A DNA stretch of 64,000 nucleotides from an uncultured Clostridia bacterium. GTDB taxonomy: Bacteria; Bacillota; Clostridia; Christensenellales; DTU072. Below the pieces are notes generated by a model. It saw only the letters and a program-made list of their open reading frames with translations. It did not search any database and was not told the origin of the DNA. Positions 46,001 to 58,000 of this stretch are shown here, in pieces. The stretch lies in NCBI GenBank assembly GCA_944362765.1, contig CALVTP010000002.1:52550-116549 (forward strand), written 5' to 3'. Made by a program: the position numbers and the translations under genes. Each line of letters begins with the position of its first letter. Positions within the stretch are counted from its first letter, which is position 1.

Positions 46001-49000
46001 ATCTGAAGGCGTACATTCTCGACTGGTCTTCGCTGTTCGACAACGAAGTCGACCAGGACGGCAACTACGGCGCCTCCTTCTTTATCCAGGCTCTGAACGA
46101 CATGGAAGGGGATGTGACGCTGAGGCTGAAAGCCGACGTTTTGCTGAGGCAATTGGGACTGTGGAGCGTCGACCTCATCTTACAGCTTGTCACTCTGGAC
46201 GAGGACGGCAACGTTATCGCAGAGCACCTCGGACTGTACATTCCCGGAGCTGTGGCTGCTACGACGGACGCGGCGCCCGGCTATGACTACAACGGTCAGC
46301 TGAAGATGTACCTCTCCCTCGGGAACGACATCAATATCGAAATCGACGGCGCGGCTTTCGAGTCCTTCCTCGGACTGAACCTCACGACGGTAATCGATCA
46401 GCTTGCCGAGGTGTTGGGCGACACTGCGGGTAACCTCAGCGGCACGCTGGACGGACTCCTCGGACAGATCGGCGATATGCTTGAAAGCCTAGTCGACATG
46501 GTAGGTGACGACGAAACGACCGAAGAGTCGGGAGAGGCTTCCTTCGTTGAAGGAGAGGGCGGAACCACCGATCCGACTGAACCCGGCGCCGACGGAGAGG
46601 AAGAGCTCGATTCGGCGTGGTATCTCGGAATTTTAAGTTCTCTCGAGTTTGCCAAGGCGACGATAGGCGTAGTGCTTGCGAGAAGCGTGTTGCAGGCGCT
46701 TTTGAACAACGTCCTCGAATTCCCCTTCAAAGAGCAGCTCGGTGAAATCGCCGTAAGACTCGATAACTACAAAAATTCGCTGGCGCTGTCGATAGGTCTC
46801 GACTACCAGGAAGACATTGACCTGTCCGAAACGGAGTGGGAGGATCTCCAGGACTTTGCGATAGCGGAGCCCGGACGCGAAGAAGTCGCCGATGCGGTGA
46901 CCGATGTCAACAGAGATATGGTGTCGTACGGAGTAAGCGGCACGCTGTTAGGATTCAGCGAGGACGGGATCATTCCCGTTTACGACGCGGGCTATGTCAC
47001 CGATACCGCGCTTGCAGTGGAACTCGGACTGGCAGGTGTGACCGCCCTGGACAGAGGCGCAAAAGTCTATCATGCCATCTACGCGCGTTACGACAATGAC
47101 GGATTGTATGACACGATAGTCGACTACTATAGAAATATGGAGGGTTCCTCGGATGACTTCATCGTAGAAGTTTCCGGCACCGATGGTTACGCCCAATTCA
47201 GATCCGACGAAATCCGCCTTGGCATAATAGTCACCAATCACTCCGAACAGGTTACGGCAAGCGATTACGACACAACCGAAACGAAAGATGTGACGGTATA
47301 CTACACCGTAGTTTCCTTTATGTACGGTGAAGCCTATAAAGAGTTCAAATACAACGAATTACTCTCCGGGACGCATTACGGCGGAACGGAAAACCTTGTT
47401 GGCAGAACAGAAATGGACGGCAGCGTCGTCTATTCCGGCGAATACGCCGAAAAGATGTTCGAAATGGCGGAGTACGGCTCGCTGGTAACCGAAGCGCGGG
47501 AATACGACGAGCACTTCCTCGAAACGACCGAAGGTAGTGATTATCCCGTGTTCACGGCATACGAAAACGAGGAAGACGAGGTCGGAATTCCTATTACCCT
47601 TGACCCGGCGATCAGCTATGTTTCCAACCGCGACGTCACCGGCTCGGTGACGGGCTCCTCCGACAGACTCGAAAACATCGGCGTCAAACGGGTATTCTAC
47701 TTCATCTACGACCCCGCGGAGCTGTTCGGCGAAGCATTCGGCGAAGTATTTACGGATGTCGCTGTTTACGGCAAGCGCGCAATCGACGTATTGGAAGCGC
47801 TGTACGGAATGTTTGAAAGCTCCGACACCCCTTACGTCGAGACGATTTACGGCAAAGACTCCGCCGATCCTCTCGAAAAGAGGTACGCCCTCAGGAACTC
47901 CTCGGCTCAGTTCAGCGTCGACATAAAGATAGTCGGCGTCTTCGACGAGAGCGGCGCTCCGGTGGGATACAGAGTGGTACTGGCTGCCTCCTCCGACCAA
48001 TCGATGTTCAACTTCGGGTTGAAGATAAGCGACCTCGACATCGGCTTGGGCGCAGGCAACATCTTCACCGACACCGAAATTAACGGCAAGTTCTTTGAAT
48101 CGGGAAGGGACGCGCTTGTCCACTTTAACGACAACTATCATCCGCTCGAAGAATATGCGTGGGAGTTCTCTCTCGATTCCGAACTGACGCTGGACGACAC
48201 CGTCGGCGGCATCTTCGACATGACCAACCTTATCGGTACGATCTTCGGGCTCATCGGCGGCGAAAACGAAATCCTGGCGGCGCTTGAGGATCTGAGGCTT
48301 GCGATACAGCCCGTTGACGACCTCGCGATGAAGATAGGCTTCCATATTGCGGCGTACATCAACTTCGCAAGAGTGGAAGACACCAGGTTCCAACTCGGCA
48401 TTTCCTTCAACGGAAAGACGATGATAAATCTTACGTATATCGGCGGCTACGTCGATGCCCACGGCGACCCGATAAGCATCTCCGCCGGCGAAATGATCCC
48501 CGACGGAGCCGTCGAATCCGGCACGCTTTACGCCGACCTCAGCGGCATGGGTCTTGTCGCCGTGAAGCTCGGCGGCATTCCGCTCGGCTCGATTTTAAGA
48601 AAGCTTATAGAAGGCATCAACCTTGACGGTGTAATCAACATCTCCGGCGAAGAGTCCGGCGAAGAGGAAGCCGTTTCGACTCCCGAAAACCTTTCTTCGG
48701 CACTTGAAACGCTTGTTTCGGGACCCCAAAACGCCGGTGCGAGACCTGAAAACAGGGTTGAACTCGAGGACTTCGGCTGGAACGACAAGCTGTTGCTGAT
48801 AACTCTCGGAAAGGAAGAGACTTCGCTTGCGATAACGGGTGCATTGCTGTATTCGCTTATATACAACCTCGGAATTTCTTCGCTGTTCGGCGACATGATG
48901 GGCGACACCGTCATCGAGCTGCCGATGTTCAGGAATCTCCAGATAGGTTACTCCGAAGAGGACGGCATGAAGGGCTTGTTCATAAGGCTGACCGACGAAG

Positions 49001-52000
49001 CCGACTATGAACACGCTTTCAGAATAGGGTACAATTTCACCGATGACACCTCGATGAAATTCGAAACGGGACTTAACTCCTCGATAACCGCGAACGAGTA
49101 CAACCCCGACGCCGCCGAAGGCGAAGAGGGTTCCGACATCACCACTTCCGTACAATACGACGACATATCGGTATTGAGTAAGATCGGGTTGTCGCTTGCT
49201 CTGGAAGCGAGGATCCGTACGAAGAACACCGAAAAGGCGCCGCAGCTTATTGCCGTCGAAACGCTCCTGCAGGAGATCCTCGGCATGAGTGCCGACACGA
49301 TAAACATCGACCCGCAGGATTCGGTGGTCGTCCTGACGGTGGAACTTGACGCCTATGTAGACCTTGCAAACCTCGTTGACACGACGCTGATACTCCGCAT
49401 CACCTTCCAGGGAGAGGATCTCATCGCCGTATATCTCAGCGAAGGCAAAGTTTATGCCGATTTAAGCGGCGTCGGTTTGTTCGGTGCCAAGATAAACGGC
49501 GTCGACCTCATGGGTATACTGACCACGTTCTTAGCCGACTTTGCGGGCTCCGGCGGGGTTGATCTCGGCGGCATGATAGACGGTGTGCTGGATTCGTTGA
49601 CAGGAAGCGACGAGGCGTCCGGCAATACTTACGCCGCTTCCGCTCCCTCGAACGCCGCGGCGCAGAACGCCCCCGTCACCGACCTTATTTCTTCGACGTC
49701 GAGCCCGATGCTGAAGATCCTTCTGACGAACAACGAGCTGATACTGAACCCGAACATGGCGATAATCACGTCGCTTCTCGGCGATACCCTCACCGCTCAA
49801 TACGGCCCCGACGCCGCGCTTCCGAATATTTCCGATATCAGGCTGACGCTGAACCTTTATGAAGGGCTGACGAACCTTAACCTGAGGGTCAAACTCGATC
49901 AGAAAGGAAACTATGTAAACCTTGCCATTCCCGCAGGCTCTTTAAGCATAGGTATAGGTTCGCACGCGACGGAGATATTCACTCCTTCGACCGACAATCT
50001 CGGCGGCGTAGTCGGTCTGTCGGTAGGACTGAACTCTTCGGGTGGCATTGCAGCCAACATCGACGCGATGGCTTTGGCGCAGTCTCTCCTGGACACCATA
50101 AACCTTGTAGACTTCACCATCTACATCGAAAAGAGGAACGACTATTTCTTCCTCAGGAACCTTTCCTACGGCGGCACTAACGGCACGTTGGATACAACCA
50201 GTATCGGAACCTCCTGGTCGACGGGTCCCACCTACTTCTCGCCGAAGCTGGAAGAAATTATTACGAAAGGCGAAGGGTATTCGGAAGAGAACAAGAACCC
50301 CTACGACGCGGCGTTCGTCGACGTGGGCGGCGCAATAAGTCTGGATTTCCTCGGGGATATAATCCCTGATGCTGTACAATCATGGGTCGAAAACGCACTC
50401 AAAAATGTCCTCAAAGGGTATAGACCGATCTTCTTCAACAATGCGTACAGGCGCATAAGTCTGAAGATATCCAAGAACATGACAAACGGCTTGGATATCC
50501 CGATAAGTCAGCTTACGCAGGTTGCAAACGCACAGACGATAGAGGATTCTTCGAACTTTGAGCCGCAGATGGTCACGGCATTCCTGAAAAACAACGTCCT
50601 GCACCTGTCGCTGTATAACCTGCTGGTCATCGACATATCGGGACTGTTGGAAACGGTGCTCGGTTGGATAGTCGGCGCCATAGCCGATGCGCTCAAAGGT
50701 ACGATTGTAGGAGGAATCGCTGGCGCAGCTATTGATCTGATCTGGGGCATATTCGATGAAGCGGCAGCCGATTGGCTTGCCGGTATCATCGGCGACCTGA
50801 CGGGTTACGGAAATCCCCTCAGGATAGGTCAGATTCTGGACGACGCCCTGGGCAACGGAAACGGCGGCATACCGATAGTCAATATGTATCTGCCGGAGTT
50901 GCTTGGCGGCGAGACGTCGACTCCTTCCTATGCTTCCGTTCACGGTACGATATCCGACGCCGAGACCGGAAAAGTGTTGGAAGGTGCCACCGTCACATTG
51001 ACGGACGAGAGCGGCGCGGCGAAGTACTCCACCGAAACCGATTCCTCGGGCGACTATATGTTCGTCAACATAGTGGCGGGTACCTATTACGTACGTATCG
51101 AGAAGGCGGGCTACACCACAAAGCCCGAAACTTCGGCGCTCATTAATAATTATGCCGTCACCGCGAATGCAAACACGATAGCAGAAGCGAACTTTTCGCT
51201 TTCCCCGTACGGAGCGAAAGAGTTCCCTGCAGGTACGGTCGAGATCAAATTCACCGTAGCCGACGAGGGCACCTACAAAGTGCAGATAGAGGTGGACGGC
51301 AAATACGATGAAGCAAACGAACCTATGGAAGTGACTTTATCGGCGGGAGGCAATTACACCTTCCTTGTCAATATGCCGCTCGTTACCAACGACCGCCACA
51401 ACGTCAGGCTGATGAAGAAAGCGGATGACGGAAGCTACTCCGTCTACGGCACGCCCGAGCAGCTTAATCTTACCAATAAATGGGATTGGGCCAATTCGCG
51501 ACCGCTGTATGACGTTGACGAGAACGGCGTCTCCACCGGAAAAGTGCACTTCGACCTGGCGTTTGCCGAGAGTGCTCCTTCGCAGGCTGAGGAATTGGTC
51601 TCCTACGCCGAAGAACCCGCCACCTCGGGCACGATAACTTTCGATTTGAAGACGTTGTCCTCGGTCACGGTGCTCGAAGGCACGGCGACGGCGGTATTCG
51701 ACGAATACGCCGACGCGCCTCAGAACGCTTCCGCTTCCTTCCCGGTTGGCGCGGTAAGCGTGCATCCGATTTATAACTCCGACTTCGACAAAGAACTTGA
51801 AGAAAACGGCGGAAAGATAGTCTTCTCCGGCACAGGCGCCGAAAATTCCTATATCGTAACCTACGATTACTCCGACAAAGCGTCGGCTTACAGCGCTTAC
51901 TCCGCCTTCAAGGAAAAACTCGAGGGAAGCATCGAATTCGATAACAAAACATACACATATTCCGTCACAGAAAAGATAGACAGGAAGTACTTTGCGGCTG

Positions 52001-55000
52001 TCGGCTACGATACCGACGCCTCCGTCGAAGCCCGTCTGTTCACCGAACAGGAAGTGGTGGGTAAACCGGTTTACAGGATAGTGCTTGCGATAGCCAAAGC
52101 CGTTGAAATTCCGGTAAACGGCGACGTCGAAGTGTGGCTGGAAGTCGACCTCGACGGCGACGGAAGAACCGAACACACCGTCCGCGTCAACGAGTCCGCG
52201 ACGAACGCCGTATTCGGCGATATGGTACCGCTTACCAACCCCGGTGAAAGCGACAAGCTCGCACTTGCGACCTACAAACAAAAGGTACTCTATTACCAAA
52301 ACAACGCGCGTGACTATCTGTTGTACGACGGAACCGACAACGAAATTCAGGACAACACTCTGAGTGGCGGAACGGTGACGCTGACAAACCTTCCCTTCTA
52401 CAGTAACGGGCAGGGCGTCTATAAGGTCAAGATCCGCTCCACAGTCTATGAAAACGTCGATTTCGAGAATACGGTGACGCTGAACGCGAATAACGGCAAG
52501 GCGGAACTCGGTGAGATGATAATCAAGCCGAGAGTGGCTCCCGATTGGATAACCGAACGGCAGAACAGCCCCGCCGCAAGCATGTTGCAGGGTATCCGCA
52601 TAAGGCTCGGAGCCGACGTCTTCGACGCGTCCGGCGATACCGATCCCGACTACACCGACGCGGGCTACACCCCGGACGGCATTCCGATGACGAACTACGA
52701 CTACATGACCACGCTCGGCGATTCCGTCGTCAATGCGGCGATAGGCTCGGTAGCGGGCCAAGTCACGGGCGCCATCTCCTCATGGCTCGGCGGGTTGGTC
52801 GGCGGTACCGGCGGCTCGATACTCCAGTGGCTTGCCAGCCAAGGTCTCGGCGCGCTGACCGGAATGATCCCGAGTGCCGACAACGACGACCAATATCTCG
52901 ACGCCAACGGTAAGCCCATATTCGCACCGTGGACGAACTATATCACCGGTTTCGAAGGCGGCAGGACGGACAGATCGGACTCCGTATTCTATATCGAAGC
53001 GTGGGTCTCCTCGACGTTGATAAACGACGTCTTCTCGATGGTCAATAACCTGCTGCTCGGCTATTGCGGTTACGGCGAGATAACGATGGAGAAGAGATAC
53101 TCGGCGGCGGATCTTTGCGACATAATCGAAGGAGAGGGCGACAACGCGGAGATATTGAAGGTGACGGGTACCTTCAATGAAGCTACCGACCATCAGATCT
53201 ACGATTACGTCTTCGAAAACGAAGCCGACTACATCAACACCAACTATGCCGCAGGCGGCAGGCTGGCGGGTTCCGTCGTCTCCTTCGCGCTGAACTGGGC
53301 GCTGCCTGCGCTTCTGGGTCTCAACATGAACGCCAACACGCAGGAAACAGCCCTCGGTCTCATTCAGGCGGTTGCCTACTCCATCGACTTTTTGATAGAT
53401 GTATTGGATCAGGCGACGAGATTGCTGTCGCACCTGCTGCCGTTCACGATGCCGTACTCGATGATCCTCGAAAAGGAACTTCCGGGCTCGCCGCTGCAGC
53501 AGGAAGAAGTTTACTCCACGATGTGGGACGACTCCAAGGCATGGTATCAATATCTGACCAACGTAAACGAGACCGGATCCGGGCTTCTCGAAGGGAACTG
53601 GAGTTCCTGGGTTCCGCATCTTGAGGGTCAGGTATACAACTCGGAAGGCGAGAGAGGAACCTCCCCCGACACCGTGACCGTTCCTTCGGGTACCTCCACC
53701 GCCGAAATAAAGATAGGTAAAGTGGTCGGTCAAAGGTCGACCAACGTCAAGGAGCTCATCGCAAACGAAGGCATCCTCGACCAAGGCGACAAGGTGATAG
53801 GCTACAACTACCTCGACACGAGCGCTCAATATGGCGCGGAAGCAGAATACAATTATAACGCCGGCTACGGTATCTCGGACGGCGAAGGCAACAGCCTTTC
53901 CACGATGCTCAGCGGAGGAGACGACATCATCGACTATAAAAATCTGACGATTTCCTCCGCTCCCGAGATAGACGACGACGGCAACCTTCTGAAGGGTGTT
54001 CTGCGCGAACTCGATTTTGTCGACAAGTCCGTCTACGCGAAGATAACTCTCAACAACAACGTCGACACGCTGCTCGACAGAATAACGGCGTTTATCAACG
54101 GTGCCTCTTACACGGGTGCCGAAATGGGCGCAATGTTCACCACCGACAACTATATGACGGCGGCTACCGAGCTCCGCGCCGACACCATTCTCTACAACCC
54201 CTCGACGGGAGAACCGCTGAACGAAAAATATGCGGCGGTCGAGGATATGATAATGGAGTGGATTGCTTCCAACATCACCAACTCCTATGTCATCATCACC
54301 GACTACGAATACTTCACCGACGAACAGGGCGTGACGACGAGAAAGCTTATCGGCAAGACCTACGTAAGGGACGTCTACGGGCACTTCGATGACGAAGACT
54401 TCTTGTACGGCGACATCTCGTGGATACTTGCAAACGACCCCGAAGTAGAAGACGACGGAAAGCTTTCGGAAGCTGCCCGATACTCCTATGTCAGCCGCTA
54501 CAAGCTGGACGATAACGGGCAGCCGATAAAGGATCTTAAGGATGAAGCTTATGCCGGTGTCAACCAGGACGAAACAGGTGTAGCTTCCTATGCAAAAGCC
54601 GTCGATATGTTCTCCGCAAAGGACGACAGGTTCATGGAGCTTGACATATCGAATAACGGTATCCGCCTGCGCTCGGTGCAGAACTTCTCCTCGACATACT
54701 ACTCGGTGCCGAACGGTACCATCGGTATGAGCAATACGCCTATGTCTCCGCCCACGGAAATCATCTTCCACGACCCCTACAACAGCCTTGACTTCACGGC
54801 GGTAGGCGGCACCTGGGCGGGGGAAACGGGCACGAGAAGAAACTTCAACGGCACCGGCTACACCGTACAAAGCCTCACCGATATCTTCCCGAACCGCGCC
54901 GATATCAACTTCGCCGACGGTAATTCCACCGACTCCGAAGGCGTGTACATCTATTGGGATACCTCTATGATAGAGTTCGTCCCGTCCACGGACGGCGAAG

Positions 55001-58000
55001 TCAGGGGCTATATCTACGGATATATCGCAAACTATGAAATGGTGGCTGTTCCGGTGAGAGTGCAGGAAGCCGTCATGCTGACTTCGGACGACTTTAAGGA
55101 CGTCATGCCCGAAATCGATCCGATGAACTTCAACGAGGAAGAGTACATCAAGCTTCTCCCCGAAACGTGGATAGAGACCTTCAATCTCGTATACGAATCC
55201 TACTCCGACACCGGTGTTACGTACCATGACTATCAAAGGACGTACATGTTCAACAACCTGAGCTGGGATATCGACGAGAGCACGATAGGCATGTCCGGTA
55301 CACCCGCTACGGCGTATCTTACTTACTCCTTCTCGGCGGCGAAGCCGTTGGACGGTGCGCTTGCCGAAGGTGCTTCGGCTGCCGAAGTCACCATACCGGT
55401 TTATATCAAAGTGCGTGACCTTAACATCGTCACCATCGAAAAGCTCACTGCGAAAGAGTACATGAACCTGACGCTGAAAGACGGCGCCTTGGCAATACGC
55501 CTTGCCGAAAACGCCTTGGCGGAGACGGAGTTTGACGCCGAATACGCCGCCAATCACGGTACCGAACTTTCGACCGACGCCGCGACGGTACTCGGCTATG
55601 CCTCGAGATACACCGCGCTTGTCGGATACACCGGCTCTTTCGATACCGTAACCGTCTATGACGCAAACAACGAAGACGCCGTCTATATCGTCTACACCGG
55701 CGTCAACTATACCGAGGTCGAAGCGTATGCCGGGAACTATCCCGCGATTTCGCCTTCCGTCAACGACGGCTCCGTATTCAAAGCTTACGGATACCTTAAC
55801 GAGCACGAATTCGTCAAGGGTACGCCGGACGAAGACGGCGTCATTCCCGACGGCACGCTTATTAAGGACGAAAACGGCGAAACCGGCGAAACCGTCGAAA
55901 CCGTCATCGTCATCAACCCCTTCGAGGTCACCGACCTTTACGAAGACTTTGCGGGTCTGAAATGGCTGTACGCCGAAATAGAAGGTTCCCACCTCAATGC
56001 CGAAGGCGAATCCGAATATGAGTATTGGCGCGTCGATTCCGTAAACGCAGAGGCGCTGAGGAACGTCGACATTACGGCGCTCGAGCATGACGATTACGTC
56101 GTGACGCTGACGATAAGCGATTCGCTGGGGAACACCACCGATGTCGATATCATCGTCAGGATCCGCCCGCGCACCATCGTCACCAACCTTGACGATGAAA
56201 TAGAACGCGAGGCGCTGACTCCGTTTGGTGATAACTCAAATGCCGTCACGACGAAGATGGCTTACGACAACGGCGTGTTGGTGCTCGCTTTCTACAGGGC
56301 GAAAGCCGATATCGACGAAGAATTAAGCTTCTCCGTAGCCACAAGCCATCCTTCCACCTCGACGGCGGGCTGGCCGACGGCTGAAATCAGGGAGTTCGGT
56401 ATCTTTGACGCCTACCAAGGCAGAATGACGGATATCGCTTCCTATTACGATGAAGGCACTTCGGAAGGTAACGACGAAGCGCTCTATGTCGTCATAAGGG
56501 GCGTCGATTCCGGTTCCGTAACCGATTACTACGAGAGACTGAACGCCGCCGGCATGATGGGCTTCATTACCGAGAACAATCTCGCCGAAGAATGCTTCGC
56601 CGCCGAAGGCAGAATAAACGAGTTCAATCTCCCGTCGACGCTGACCGTCGATTACGGCGATCCCGTAACGGGTGAAGCGTATCTGACGGACGTAGAACTG
56701 ACAGAGGGCGTTGACTTTGTCTGGGTTGCGGACGATCCCGCAAAACTTCGCTACGACTATGACGCTTCCGGCACCTGGACTTATACCTGGACGGCAAGAG
56801 TCGGACTTGGCGAAAACACTCAGGATCTCCCGCTTGACTTCACCATCAATACCAGGATCCCGACGGGCGCCTTGAACGTAACCGTCCACCCGTACTCCGA
56901 GTATACCGAAGGCGGCGAGATCAAAAACGGAGCCGAGCTCGGCAACGTGAGTGAAATAAGGTTCCGGACGGGCAATAATGACACTACGTTAAATTTAGAC
57001 GCGCCCGTCTACTACATCATTCCCGATTCGTGGAAAGAGGATGTCACTTACGATACCGTCGAAATCGACGGCACCACGTATATGACGAACGTCGAATTCC
57101 TGAACCCCGTCTTCAACGGCTCCTTCTACTACATGACGGTGCTGGTCTATGACGAGATGTTCGGCTATATCGCCTTCGAAAACGTCCGCGTGACGCTCCT
57201 GAAGAGCACGATAGACGTCCTGAACGTCAACTGGGATGAGTTCGACCCCTTCACTACCTACGAAGCGACAGCGAAACTTAACGACATTCTCCTGGGAGGC
57301 AACAAGGATAATATCACCGCCTTCATCTACGAAGCCGAGAATATCTCCATTAAATACGGAGCCTTCGACATCCTCGGATGGACGTACGCCGACGGCGACA
57401 ACTTCAAGCCCGAGTACAGCTTCGCGGGCGATGACGTTCCCGAGATCATCGTGACTATCGGTAACCCCGCCGAGGACGGCATAGAGAAAGGCAGCATCTG
57501 GTCGCAGAATGTCCCGCTGAATATTCCGGAGGCTATGTTCAAACCCGCGAGAATTATCGGTCTGACCGAACAAAAGGGTAACGGATACGAGATCACCGTG
57601 GACGACAGCGGCAAGATCAACTTTAAGATAAACGATCCTTACGGATTCACTATGCCCCGCGAATTCGAAGTAAAATACGACGAAATCGGAGAAACGGCGA
57701 CGCTCGGCAGAACGGGCTTTACGATAGCCGATAAATTCTTTACCAAGCAAGAGTCGGAAGGCTCGATAACCTTCGGTTCCGGAAACAACATGCAGACCGT
57801 CAAGGTCACCTTCGTAAACGGACTTGTACGCGGGAATGTCGCCGAAGTCAAGTACTTCGCAGACGCGTTAGACGCCTCCGTCGAGGTCACCGACGACACG
57901 AAAGATTTCTTCACCGGTTTCGAGCCGTATGCGTTCGACACCTACAAGTTACCGCTTTATGCAAGAGTCAGGTGGGAAGGAAAAACCGAGTACGACGAAA

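Noticed and set aside
52780-56088. A 1,102-aa ORF on the minus strand, entirely inside the giant gene.
   Set aside because: It is antisense to a frame with clear coding character. Its product is R/V/G-rich low-complexity text (RRGVGRKFGTV...) with no start context, RBS or recognisable motif. The sense strand's codon bias (GAC/GAA/ACC/GGC-rich) simply depletes stop codons in the antisense frame.
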